NCBI GenBank assembly: GCA_039798785.1
Contig: JBDKFG010000007.1
Span: forward strand, 1-64,000
Direction of reading: 5' to 3'
Source: Verrucomicrobiota bacterium
GTDB taxonomy: Bacteria > Verrucomicrobiota > Lentisphaeria > Lentisphaerales > Lentisphaeraceae
Length of the DNA stretch: 64,000 nt
Shown: piece after piece, positions 37,230 to 46,598 of the stretch
Numbering within the stretch: position 1 is the stretch's first letter
Layout: the number at the start of each line of letters is the position of its first letter
Made by a program: the position numbers and the translations under genes
Notes under the pieces: generated by a model
What the model saw: the letters and a program-made list of their open reading frames with translations, nothing else
What the model was told of the DNA's origin: nothing
The model's database searches: none

Positions 37230-39557
37230 TCAGCGGCGTGGCGAGGTCGGAATCCGCTCTGAGTGCAAGGTCTTTACCTCGCCGTTGATGCGGACTTTAA
37301 GGGATGTCGGCTCTGGCGAGGTGATGCGATACGAAATCACTCGGCCATCCTTCCAAGCGCAGTCGACGGTGTGGCCGCCGCGGGCACGCAGGCCCTTGAA
37401 GGAGCCTTGCTTCGCCCAGCTTTTGGGGAGGGCAGGAAGCAGATCGATGAAGCCCTGGTGCGACTGCAGCAGCATTTCCGCCATGCCGGCACAGGCTCCC
37501 AGGTTGCAGTCGATCTGAAAGTAGCCGCAGGTTTTGCTCCACAGGTTGGGTGATGAATCGCCGTAAACTTCGCGTATGAAACGCTCGCACTTTTCGCCGT
37601 CGGCGGCACGGGCCCAGCATCCGATGCGCCACGCCTTGCCCCAGGCGGTGCCGGCGCCGCCGCGTTTCCCCAGCGATTTCACGGCTGCCTGGAAGAGCTT
37701 TGGCTGCTCCGGGCTGAAGGCTGCACCAGGATAGAGTCCGGTCAGATGCGAGAGGTGGTAATGCCCGGGATCGTCGCCGACGACGCCGCTGCCGAATTCC
37801 AGGATGCAGCCCTCTTCGTCGAGGCCAGTGGGAGCGAGCTTGTCGAGGGCGGCATGGATCTGGCTGGAGAGCTCGGCATCCGTTTTGAGCACTTTGGCGG
37901 CCTTGAGCGTCTGCAGCAGCAGCTCGCGCGACGTCTCGATATCGTAGGCTGCACCTGTGCAGAAGAAGCTGTTGGGTCGGCGTCCATTGGGAAGAGCAGC
38001 CATCCCGTCGATGAAACGCCTCTGCTCGGGGGACGAAGAGGGCGCATAGGTGAGACGGCCGCTATGAGGATCCTTGACCATGATCGCGATGAGGAAGCGT
38101 GAAGCTTCGCGCATCACCGGGTAGTATTCCTTCAGGAAAGTCTTGTCGAGGGTGAATTCGTAGCGATTCCAGATGTGCTGGGCGATCCAGGCGCCGCTGC
38201 CTGGGCCTGCGGCTGCGTTGATGCAAACCGAGGGGGTGAAGACCCAGGGATTGCTGGAGATGAAGCAGGTCCACCCCGGAGTGTCGGGACCGTAATAGGC
38301 CTTGGCAGTGGCTGAGCCTTCGCGGGCGAGATCCTGCAAGTAACGCATCAGGGGCATGTGGCATTCGGAGAGATTGGTGATCTCCGCGGGCCAGTAGTTC
38401 ATCTGCAGGTTGATGTTAAGATGGTAGTCGCCATCCCAGGGGCATTTCAGGGTGTCGGCCCAGATCCCCTGGAGATTGAGAGGCACGGGCGAATTGGCGC
38501 GTGATCCGGAGATCATCAGGTGGCGGGCGTATTGGAAGTAAAGGGCGGCGAAGGCTGGATCCGGGGTCGAGATCGCCGCCTTCATTCGAGCCGGGGTGGG
38601 CATCGAGGCGTTTGCCGAGGCTGGCAGGTCCAGGCTGCAGCGATCCATCAAATTCTGGTGATCGGCCTTGGCCTGAGACGCGATCACTTCGAAGGATCGG
38701 GCCAGTCCAGCCGCCATTCGGCTGCTCACGACTTTCTGGAATCCTGGGTCGAACATGTCTGTGCCGGCGCTGAGGATCAGCGTGACCTCATCGGCCGCGA
38801 CGATTTCCATCGTGTCGGCTAAGGGCTTGACCTTGCCGCCTTTGGCGTGAATCCCCAGCCGGGCCTGGAAGCGGAGGCCGGGCTGATTTCTGGCGCCTGA
38901 ATCGAGCTGACCGTCCAGAATCAGTTCCTGGCCATTGGCGTGAACACGGGCTTGCGCCTGCCGCTGAAGGGAAGCAGTGAAGTGAAGCGCGCCCGGACGA
39001 TCGGCCTTGAGACGCAGGAGGATCAGCTCGGCGTCCTTGGAGGCGATAAGCTCGCGTGTGAAGTGCACGCCGTTTTGGGTGTAGCGGGTGGTGACGAGGC
39101 CGGTCTTGAGGTCGAGGGATCTTTGGTAGTTGCTGTATTCGCCTACATCCTTGAAGTCAAGGCGGAGATCGCAGAGGGTTCCATAGCTGCCGAACTGGCT
39201 TCTCAAGGGGCTGTTGAAATGCTTTTGCAGCAGCTGGTCAGCTTCGAGAATTGCGGCGCCGCCGGCGAATAGCTTGGCACGGATCTCAGGAAGCTGCTTC
39301 CAGCTCTCGGTGTTTTCGATTTTGATCCTGCTGCCGGACCAAACGGTGCTTTCGTTCACCACGATCCTTTCCGTCGTCACGCCCCCAAGGTCGGTGGCTC
39401 CGAGGCGTCCGTTGCCTACAGGAAGACCTTCGGCGAACGCCGTTGCAGGCTTGTCGAACCACAGGTTTGCCGGATCTTGAGAGGCCTCAACAGGATCCCC
39501 GGCGTGAAGCAGGGAGATGAATAAGAGGTACAAGCCCAAGGTGCAGATCGGTTTCAT
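37230..39557 (-). CDS. GH95 alpha-L-fucosidase-like glycoside hydrolase
   Basis: LPVGNGRLGA, NLQGIW, DYHLNINLQMNYW, SSPE, HLSHL, FQIDCNLG, EMLLQSH, GLRARGG. Confidence 0.92.
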   Translation of the reverse strand: MKPICTLGLYLLFISLLHAGDPVEASQDPANLWFDKPATAFAEGLPVGNGRLGATDLGGVTTERIVVNESTVWSGSRIKIENTESWKQLPEIRAKLFAGGAAILEADQLLQKHFNSPLRSQFGSYGTLCDLRLDFKDVGEYSNYQRSLDLKTGLVTTRYTQNGVHFTRELIASKDAELILLRLKADRPGALHFTASLQRQAQARVHANGQELILDGQLDSGARNQPGLRFQARLGIHAKGGKVKPLADTMEIVAADEVTLILSAGTDMFDPGFQKVVSSRMAAGLARSFEVIASQAKADHQNLMDRCSLDLPASANASMPTPARMKAAISTPDPAFAALYFQYARHLMISGSRANSPVPLNLQGIWADTLKCPWDGDYHLNINLQMNYWPAEITNLSECHMPLMRYLQDLAREGSATAKAYYGPDTPGWTCFISSNPWVFTPSVCINAAAGPGSGAWIAQHIWNRYEFTLDKTFLKEYYPVMREASRFLIAIMVKDPHSGRLTYAPSSSPEQRRFIDGMAALPNGRRPNSFFCTGAAYDIETSRELLLQTLKAAKVLKTDAELSSQIHAALDKLAPTGLDEEGCILEFGSGVVGDDPGHYHLSHLTGLYPGAAFSPEQPKLFQAAVKSLGKRGGAGTAWGKAWRIGCWARAADGEKCERFIREVYGDSSPNLWSKTCGYFQIDCNLGACAGMAEMLLQSHQGFIDLLPALPKSWAKQGSFKGLRARGGHTVDCAWKDGRVISYRITSPEPTSLKVRINGEVKTLHSERIPTSPRR

Positions 39558-39646
39558 GTCGGTGTTCTCCTGTTTCTATGTGCTTAAAAAATGACGAGAT
39601 GCTGACTGACCCAGCGGGTTTGAGACGGCGAAATCCAGGTCTTGTG

Positions 39647-40429
39647 TCAAGGCGAGGTGACGTCATCTTCTCCCAAGATGGCCAGATCGGGATATTGCCG
39701 GTGCAGTGTTTCGAGGTTTGCGGCGTCGATGAGGTGAAATAGGCTGGCGAAGCTGTCGGGAAACGGGGCTCCATCAATCCGCTGAGCAGGAAGGACTAGA
39801 GTTGAAATCAATCCGGCCTTGATCGGGGTGGCGAGAGGGTCACAGTAGGGTTCAACTCCGATGAGATGGAAAGCTTGTTTGCGCTGGTGGAGGATTTGCA
39901 GCCCTTCGATAAGATCGTCCTGGGTTTTGCAGTAGGGCAGGGGCATCAGAGCGATGACGGCACCGCATTCAGGATGCGCCTGAATGACTTTGGATAAATC
40001 GGACCAGCTTGCACCCTTGCCGGTGTTGAAGATATTGGGGTTGTCGGGAGTGTCGTGAACGACAGGCCTAGCGCCCACACCCGCCTGGAGGGAGGCGATG
40101 ATGCCGAGGCAGCGAGGCGAATTTATGGAATCGAGTGGCGGGGTGATCACCAGGATGGGACCCTGGCCGCTGTGCGCCGGTGTGCAAGCGGCGGCAAGAG
40201 CTTGACCGAAATACCGGTGGTAGCGTTCAGATTGGGCATGATTACGACGCGCTTCAGCTTGTTCCTGGTAGTCCTCCCACCAGAGGGCGCCGCCGAAAAG
40301 AAGTGCCGAGGCGGCAATCAGGGCGATGGGGAGTCTTGCGCCGGGATCTTTGCGCCGCCGCTGGCGCACCAGCGCGTAAACCCCGAGCAGCAATGCGATG
40401 ATTTTGAGGCAGGTGATCATGGCGGTCAC
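39647..40429 (-). CDS. Membrane-anchored hypothetical protein, pilin partner (paralog of 8103-8819)
   Basis: Two hydrophobic segments around QRRRK; WSDLSKVIQAHP...PLP; LIDAAN; GTGA overlap with the pilin (alternative ATG at 40420). Confidence 0.7.
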   Translation of the reverse strand: MTAMITCLKIIALLLGVYALVRQRRRKDPGARLPIALIAASALLFGGALWWEDYQEQAEARRNHAQSERYHRYFGQALAAACTPAHSGQGPILVITPPLDSINSPRCLGIIASLQAGVGARPVVHDTPDNPNIFNTGKGASWSDLSKVIQAHPECGAVIALMPLPYCKTQDDLIEGLQILHQRKQAFHLIGVEPYCDPLATPIKAGLISTLVLPAQRIDGAPFPDSFASLFHLIDAANLETLHRQYPDLAILGEDDVTSP

Positions 40430-41178
40430 AGATCGGTTGTGTAGTTATAGAGGAGGCTCCCGTCGACATTGTATTTGGCGTTGACTCCATATTCAACTGG
40501 CATCAGGCCGCGGGCGGAGCCGTCCACACCGATCATGTTGTAGTTGTGTCTCCCGGGTGCGTGCCAGAACTCCAACTCACGGGGATTGCTGATGCCATAG
40601 GAATTCCAGTTGATGTCAATGCTGACAATCTCTTCGGCGAGGACGCAAGTGACCGGGGACTTGACTTGATTAAGGGTGCGGCATCCGTACAGGCCCAGTG
40701 CCTTGTTGGATACGCGGGTTGACCAGTCGCTGATGTTGCCGACGTAATCGGCACCTTTTTCGCGAAAGATGATGCCGCGCGAAGATGGGCATCTGTACGA
40801 CTTCACCACGGTCTGGCTGTTGAGGGGTATGCCGAGATATTTGTTTAGCGGGCGTTTGTCAATGGCGAGGTCGTTGCTGCGGTAGCGTATGCTTGAGCCG
40901 TTGACTCCCAACAGGGCCAGGCAGGAACCGCTGGGGCCCATCGGGTAGAAGGCATTCCGATTGTCTTTCAAGTACAGAGTGTTGAGAATATGGATCTGCT
41001 TTAAGTTGCTGCTGCAGATGGCACGGTAGGACAACTGCTTGACCCGTTTAGCGCCCGGCAAAAGGAGCGACACCATGATGAGGAGCACCACGACGACCAT
41101 GAGTAACTCGATCAAGCTGAAGTGGAATTTGAATGGTCGTATGGAGATTAGGCATCCTGGAATTTTTATTCCTTGCAT
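40426..41178 (-). CDS. Prepilin-type N-terminal cleavage/methylation protein (H-Xn-DG type)
   Basis: HFSLIELLMVVVVLLIM, CSSNLKQI, YRCPS, WH...NMIGVDGSA; AAGGAG RBS. Confidence 0.88.
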   Translation of the reverse strand: MQGIKIPGCLISIRPFKFHFSLIELLMVVVVLLIMVSLLLPGAKRVKQLSYRAICSSNLKQIHILNTLYLKDNRNAFYPMGPSGSCLALLGVNGSSIRYRSNDLAIDKRPLNKYLGIPLNSQTVVKSYRCPSSRGIIFREKGADYVGNISDWSTRVSNKALGLYGCRTLNQVKSPVTCVLAEEIVSIDINWNSYGISNPRELEFWHAPGRHNYNMIGVDGSARGLMPVEYGVNAKYNVDGSLLYNYTTDL

Positions 41179-41264
41179 CGGTCACTCCTTTGCTTCTCGA
41201 GTTGTTATTGATGCCAATAAACTCCTGGCGAGAATTTCAGACAGCCTCTTAGCGGATGTCTTTC

Positions 41265-41290
41265 GCGCCAATGCAATATGATTTGCGCCA
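41265..41290 (-). promoter_or_regulatory. Direct repeat TGGCGC x2 with 20-bp period; putative AraC/XylR operator
   Basis: GCGCCA at 41265-41270 and 41285-41290, ~90 nt upstream of the pilin ATG. Confidence 0.45.
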
Positions 41291-41296
41291 GGAACA

Positions 41297-41321
41297 CAGG
41301 GGCGGCTTGCGGCCGCCCCTG
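41297..41321 (-). terminator. GC-rich hairpin downstream of the VCBS gene
   Basis: CAGGGGCGGC-ttgcg-GCCGCCCCTG 10-bp stem; weak U tract. Confidence 0.55.
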
Positions 41322-41343
41322 GGGGTTCTAGCTTGCAGAAGAA

Positions 41344-43341
41344 TCAGACGACGGGAATGACGCTGGGATAGAGATCGACCGACAAAGTGACGTCGTCGAC
41401 GCTGGTTTCGGTCCCGTAGACGTCGACGGTGAAGCTTTCGACGGTCTTCTCACTGACCACCGCATCGGCGTCGAGCTTGTAAGACCAGGAGCCGTCGAGG
41501 TTGAGGCCGAAGAAGCCGAGCTCGGTGTCGAGGGTCTTGGCAAGTTTGACCTTGGGAACTTTGTTGCCAGCGTCGAGATCATAGATCTGGCCAGTGTACT
41601 GCTCCAGCCCGCCGTCGGTGACGGCGCCGCTGTTGCCGCTGAAGTTAGTGGCGGTGCCGCCGGCGGCGCCGTTGATAGTAATGGTGACTGAACTCTTGGC
41701 CGAGCCGTCGTAGGATTCGACGCTGTAAGTGGCCTTCAGGGTCTGGCCTTCGGCGAGTTTCTGGATCAGGGGGTTGGCGTTGTCGGCGAGGAACTGCCAC
41801 TGTCCATCGGCGCCGATGGTGAAGGTGCCGAATTTGTCGGTGAAGGTGGAGGCCTTGAAGAGCGACTCGCCGGTGTCGGGGTCGGTGATGGTGAGCTGGC
41901 CGGTGCTTTTGAGAAGCTGGCGTCCGTCGACGACGAGGACATCGTCTTCGACCAGAGAACGGGGCTGTTCGGAAGGGGTGATCACCGCTTTGTCGTTGGC
42001 GCCGATGATCCGGACAGCGATGTTGTAGAGAGGCCATGGAGCCATGGTGTCGGTCAGGAATTTGCTGCCGCTCAAGCTTTTCACATCGGGATGCTCGTTG
42101 TTGAGGGTGTAGGTCCAAGTGCCGTCGATGTTGAGCTTGAAGGTGCCGTAGTCGCCGACTTTTGTGCGCTGCTCTTCGGTGAGACCGCTGAATAGACCCC
42201 CACTGTAAATGATTTCTCCTGTCAGGGGGTTCTTTACTTTGAGGCCAGTGAAAGTGATGGCAGGGAGTTTGAAGTTGCTGTCGAAAAGGATCATGTTGCC
42301 CTTGGTGAGGCTGGTGCCGGTGGCTCCGGCCTTGACTTGGATTTCAGCGAAGCCCCCGAGGCTTTCATCGACATAGTCGTCGGGGTCGGCAGTTCCGGTA
42401 TTGGGCGCGAATGTGTTGCCCTTGACGCGGAGGGAGACTTTTTCGCTGCTCCCATCGCTGTGCAGGACTGTGAAAGTGTCGAGCAGCGATTGCGTGCCCT
42501 TGAGTTTCTGCACGGCGGGAAGGAAGTTGACCAATGCGTAATCCCAGGAGCCGTCGGCCTTGACGCTGAGACTGCCGTATTTCGAATAATAGCTCCGAGC
42601 CTGGAAGCTGCCGACAAGGGGAATGGTGGCTTCTTCGGAGCTGCTAAGCTTGAGGATGCCCTTGCTGGTGAGGAAGTTGTTGGTGTAGAGATCGCTGTCC
42701 TCGGTGACTTCGCCAATGATGTTGCCGGTGCTGGGGCTGGCCGGATCCTTGCCGGTGATCAGCACTGAAAGCTTGGCGCGGCTGCCGTCGGCGCTGACCA
42801 AATAAGCGGTGGCGGTGGCAGTCTGCTTGGTGCTCAATCCGGCAATCGCTTCGCTATCGCCGCTAAAGGTCCATTTTGACAGAGTCGAATCCCAGGCAAA
42901 GACACCGTAATCGGTAGTGAAGCTGGCGCCGACCGAAGGAGTTCCGTCCTCGGCGGTCTGGAGGAATCCGAGGATGCTGGCTTCGCCAGTGTCGAGATCG
43001 AGCACCTTGACCGGGCCGCCGACAAGATAATTGGGCTGCCCTTCAAGTAGCTTGCCTGCGAATGTGCCGGTGAATTTGGCCGCATCGTTGACGCCGGTCA
43101 GGGTGATGACGGAGTCTGGAGCGCCGGCGGCCAGGGTTTCGGTCACCACCTGGCCATGTTTCAGCGCCTGGAGGCGGACATCCGGCGTGTAGGTGGCGGT
43201 CTGAGTGGCCCCGGCCTTGTTGACGGCGAGAGTGCCGTACAGACCTTTATATTTGGCAGCGGTGAAGGTCGTAGTCGGCAAGTCGCCGGTGACACTTTTC
43301 GAGGCATCTTCAGTGAGGGAAAGATTCAAGTCTGCGCCCAT
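41344..43341 (-). CDS. VCBS-repeat adhesin-like protein
   Basis: About six repeats with G-x-F/L-x-I/V-x-x-DG-x-W-x-Y/F and ITINGxND-type motifs; GGAG RBS before MGADL. Confidence 0.82.
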   Translation of the reverse strand: MGADLNLSLTEDASKSVTGDLPTTTFTAAKYKGLYGTLAVNKAGATQTATYTPDVRLQALKHGQVVTETLAAGAPDSVITLTGVNDAAKFTGTFAGKLLEGQPNYLVGGPVKVLDLDTGEASILGFLQTAEDGTPSVGASFTTDYGVFAWDSTLSKWTFSGDSEAIAGLSTKQTATATAYLVSADGSRAKLSVLITGKDPASPSTGNIIGEVTEDSDLYTNNFLTSKGILKLSSSEEATIPLVGSFQARSYYSKYGSLSVKADGSWDYALVNFLPAVQKLKGTQSLLDTFTVLHSDGSSEKVSLRVKGNTFAPNTGTADPDDYVDESLGGFAEIQVKAGATGTSLTKGNMILFDSNFKLPAITFTGLKVKNPLTGEIIYSGGLFSGLTEEQRTKVGDYGTFKLNIDGTWTYTLNNEHPDVKSLSGSKFLTDTMAPWPLYNIAVRIIGANDKAVITPSEQPRSLVEDDVLVVDGRQLLKSTGQLTITDPDTGESLFKASTFTDKFGTFTIGADGQWQFLADNANPLIQKLAEGQTLKATYSVESYDGSAKSSVTITINGAAGGTATNFSGNSGAVTDGGLEQYTGQIYDLDAGNKVPKVKLAKTLDTELGFFGLNLDGSWSYKLDADAVVSEKTVESFTVDVYGTETSVDDVTLSVDLYPSVIPVV

Positions 43342-43434
43342 TTCTAATCTCCATGTTTGAAGTTGAGTCCACACACGACCGCAATTATATGAAAACCCTT
43401 TCCTCTTCGCAAGATCTGATGATAAAAAAACGGC

Positions 43435-44241
43435 TCAGGGCTTCCCCGCCACCAGCACCAATCCGTGCGGCGCGCGGCGGATCTGCGACTCAAGTTGCAT
43501 CCAATGGGCACCTTGATAAGGCGCTTCACCAAGGCGCGACGAGGGCAGAGGCTCGGGTTCGTAAAGGCCGTCGATGCGCAGGCCGGCGGCGAGCGCGGCG
43601 TTGATCAGGGTCGAGGGAGTCAGAGCGCGGGGAACGCAAAAATGCTCGCCGTCGAGGCTCTGCCGCGGCGCAAAAACCGGACGGAAATAATCGGGAAGGA
43701 AGAGGCCTTCGCCATCCTCCAATTCGATCCATTCCGCCGCCGCCAAAGGATGGGCGCTGACCAGGAGAAGGCGTCCGCCCGGCGCCAACCAGGAGGCGCA
43801 GCGCTGCAGGAATTTTTGCGGATCGCGCGAAAAGGGCAGGGCCCAGACGCTGTGGATGAAGTCCCAGCAGCCTTCGCCAGCCAGCTTTGCGGGAGGCGCA
43901 TCGAAGTCGCCTTCGATCAGCTCCAAGGTCAGGTGTAATTCCGTTGCGCGATGGCGCGCCGCCTCCAGCATCGCGGGAGCGAGGTCGAGCGCGGTGCAAA
44001 GGGCGCCGCGTCGCGCTAGCGAGATCGAGTTCTGCGCCGCGCCAGAGCCCAGCTCGAGACAGCGTAAGCCGCTCGGAGCCGTCGGCAGAAGTCCGAGTTC
44101 TTCGCCGGAAGGCAGCAGGGGGCCGAGGTGGAAGGACTCGTCGCTGATTTGATTTTGCGCCAGATAATCGGCAGAAAGCGCCTGCCAGAAGGCGCGAAGC
44201 GCTTCGGCTGAGCCGGGACGGTGTTGACGGGTGGAATCCAT
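43435..44241 (-). CDS. Class I SAM-dependent methyltransferase
   Basis: CLELGSGAAQ, ALDLAPAML, WLAPGGRL. Confidence 0.85.
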   Translation of the reverse strand: MDSTRQHRPGSAEALRAFWQALSADYLAQNQISDESFHLGPLLPSGEELGLLPTAPSGLRCLELGSGAAQNSISLARRGALCTALDLAPAMLEAARHRATELHLTLELIEGDFDAPPAKLAGEGCWDFIHSVWALPFSRDPQKFLQRCASWLAPGGRLLLVSAHPLAAAEWIELEDGEGLFLPDYFRPVFAPRQSLDGEHFCVPRALTPSTLINAALAAGLRIDGLYEPEPLPSSRLGEAPYQGAHWMQLESQIRRAPHGLVLVAGKP

Positions 44242-44282
44242 GTGGCATCCTAGCACCTTCACGAAAATTTGGAGAGGTTTTT

Positions 44283-45284
44283 ATGGCAGGAAAAGTGGTT
44301 CTCACCGGCATCAAGCCCACCGGCATCCCCCACATCGGCAATTATTTCGGCGCCATCCGTCCGGCCCTCGGCCTCGCCGGCGGCTTCGAGGCGCGCTACT
44401 TCATCGCCGACTACCACGCGCTCAACTCGGTGCAAGACGCCGCCACCATGCGCGACTACACCTACCAGATCGCCGCCACCTGGATCGCCTGCGGCCTCGA
44501 CCCGAAAAAGGTCCTCCTCTACCGTCAGTCCGACGTCCCCGAGACCTTCGAGCTCTCGACCTTCCTCATGGCCTTCACCGCCAAGGGCCTGATGAACCGC
44601 GCCCACGCTTACAAAGACGCCTTCTCCAAGAACCTCGAAAAAGGTGTCGACCAGGACCACGAGATCAACATGGGCCTCTTCACCTACCCGGTGCTGATGG
44701 CCGCCGACATCCTGCTCTTCGACACCGACCTGGTACCCGTCGGCCGCGACCAGAAGCAGCACATCGAGATCGCCTGCGACATCGCCCAGCGGATCAACCA
44801 CAACTACGGCGCCGAACTTTTGCGCGTGCCGCAACCGGTGATCTCCAGCACCCTCGACCTCATCCCCGGTCTCGACGGCCGCAAGATGAGCAAATCCTAC
44901 GGCAACACCATCCCCCTCTGGCTACCCTCGAAAGAGCTGCGCAAGCTGCTGATGAAGATCACCACCAACTCGCAAGGCGTCGAAGAGGTCAAGGATCCCG
45001 AGACCTGCAACATCTTCGCCCTCTACAAGCTCTTCGCCAACGACGAGCAGCAAGCCGAGCTCGCGGCCCGTTACCGCGCCGGCGGCCTCGGCTGGGGCCA
45101 CGCCAAACAAGCCCTCTTCGAAGTGGTCGACGCCCACCTCGCCCCGATGCGGGAAAAATACGAGGCGCTGATCGCCGACAAAGCGACCCTCGACGCCATC
45201 CTCGACGAAGGCGCAGCCCGCGCCCGCGTCATCGCCAGCGCCACCATGGGCCGCCTGCGCAAAGCGGCGGGATTGGGGCGGTGA
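44283..45284 (+). CDS. trpS: Tryptophan--tRNA ligase
   Basis: TGIKPTGIPHIGNY (HIGH motif), YPVLMAADIL, VGRDQKQH, KMSKS. Confidence 0.97.
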   Translation: MAGKVVLTGIKPTGIPHIGNYFGAIRPALGLAGGFEARYFIADYHALNSVQDAATMRDYTYQIAATWIACGLDPKKVLLYRQSDVPETFELSTFLMAFTAKGLMNRAHAYKDAFSKNLEKGVDQDHEINMGLFTYPVLMAADILLFDTDLVPVGRDQKQHIEIACDIAQRINHNYGAELLRVPQPVISSTLDLIPGLDGRKMSKSYGNTIPLWLPSKELRKLLMKITTNSQGVEEVKDPETCNIFALYKLFANDEQQAELAARYRAGGLGWGHAKQALFEVVDAHLAPMREKYEALIADKATLDAILDEGAARARVIASATMGRLRKAAGLGR

Positions 45285-45307
45285 GCAATTACGAATGGAG
45301 CGAGTGC

Positions 45308-45802
45308 ATGAAGTTCCTGGATCGTTTCGCTAAATCGCCGCACTCAGGTATGCTTGCTATTGATCTTGACCGGTCAATGGCGCAACTGAGTGGAGTGGAT
45401 TGGGGCAAAATACCGACTGATGCCGACACACAATTACGAGCGCGGCATGTCTTTTATCGAACACCACTAAAAGAGCTCTCTCATGTCGGATTCATCCGTT
45501 TGCTTAACATCGGCTGTGACACCAAATATTTGGTTCCTGCGGCTCTGTATAAACTGCGCCTTGAGCTTGATCACGGGGAGCTTCTTTGCTCTATCCTAAA
45601 GGCTGATGATTTTGACTGGAAAATGCAGCCAGATTGCATACAAGAAGTTAGATCTTTAGTTGATGCTTTAGATAATTCAATCGGAGAAATCACAAGCGAT
45701 ATCCTGCGCCTGTCAAAGTCAGAAGAATTGTGGCGTCAATATGCGATTTTTGAGCGGTATCTCGCAATCTCAATTTCCCAAGGAGCTCCCCCATGTCCCT
45801 GA
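45308..45802 (+). CDS. CdiI-like (CdiI_3-type) contact-dependent inhibition immunity protein
   Basis: SMAQLSGVDWG...RTPLKEL...RLL...YLVPAAL...GELLCSIL resembles the family as recalled; low GC. Confidence 0.6.
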   Translation: MKFLDRFAKSPHSGMLAIDLDRSMAQLSGVDWGKIPTDADTQLRARHVFYRTPLKELSHVGFIRLLNIGCDTKYLVPAALYKLRLELDHGELLCSILKADDFDWKMQPDCIQEVRSLVDALDNSIGEITSDILRLSKSEELWRQYAIFERYLAISISQGAPPCP

Positions 45803-45812
45803 CGGGATTGGG

Positions 45813-45847
45813 CAGAAGGTAGAATTAAGAATTTAGAATGTAGAATT
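45813..45847. repeat. Five tandem heptamers nAGAAnn
   Basis: CAGAAGG TAGAATT AAGAATT TAGAATG TAGAATT. Confidence 0.75.
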
Positions 45848-45869
45848 GAGCGGCCATGGAAGGAGGCTT

Positions 45870-46508
45870 ATGACTAGCCAGAATCTCCAGACACTGCGTT
45901 TACGCAGCGACTCTATCGCCCACCTGAACGAGGGGCAGGTTGAATTGCTGATTCGTTCAACGCCGTTAAGTCGCTTGGTTTTGCCTGAGTTGCACCAAGA
46001 CATCAAATTGATTCTGTCGGCAGATGTTTATCAACTCCCCTTTGGCTTTGATCCGGAGGATCGCAGCCGTTTCAAGATTGAACAGTTGCCAGCAAGCGAC
46101 ATTGAATATGCTGACGCCGCTATCATCGACACTTGGCCGCATATTTATTGGCTGAAATCTATGCACGAACGCCAGCTGGTGACTGTCCAGGATTACACGC
46201 ACGACGAAAGTCATAGGTGGGAGAAATTGTCGGGGCTCCGCATCGGCGGATGGCCCTTGGAGATTCAATCCATCATGATGCAATGGGAGTGTGAGTATGC
46301 ATCGGCGGGTTTGAATACAGGTGGCGGCTTACAGGTGATCGGCATTGACTGGGAACAAAACTTGGATGAAGTCCTGAAATGGAAATTGATCCTCCAATAC
46401 CCAGCTGGCGGGAATCATACATTTCTCGACGATGGATGTGTCTATCTGTGGGGGAAAAGCGATGGAGAAAAATTCATAAATTATTGGGTTGTTAGCCAGT
46501 CTACATAA
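45870..46508 (+). CDS. DUF1963/YwqG family protein
   Basis: RIGGWPLEIQ, WKLILQ, FLDDGCVYLW, C-terminal QST; AGGAGG RBS. Confidence 0.7.
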   Translation: MTSQNLQTLRLRSDSIAHLNEGQVELLIRSTPLSRLVLPELHQDIKLILSADVYQLPFGFDPEDRSRFKIEQLPASDIEYADAAIIDTWPHIYWLKSMHERQLVTVQDYTHDESHRWEKLSGLRIGGWPLEIQSIMMQWECEYASAGLNTGGGLQVIGIDWEQNLDEVLKWKLILQYPAGGNHTFLDDGCVYLWGKSDGEKFINYWVVSQST

Positions 46509-46549
46509 CATGGGAAGAGCCATAGTAGTCCTTACAAAATGAAATGGTT

Positions 46550-46573
46550 CGAGCCCTGAAGGGGCGGCCTGAA
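46550..46573. repeat. REP-like element
   Basis: CGAGCCCTGAAGGGGCGGCCTGAA matches the reverse complement of 50143-50166 at 21 of 24 positions. Confidence 0.6.
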
Positions 46574-46598
46574 ATCTCACCAGCAATGGAGGCGCGCC

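Noticed and set aside
44231..45802. 523-aa ORF overlapping trpS
   Set aside because: The first 350 codons are an Arg-rich off-frame shadow of trpS; only 45281/45308-45802 looks coding
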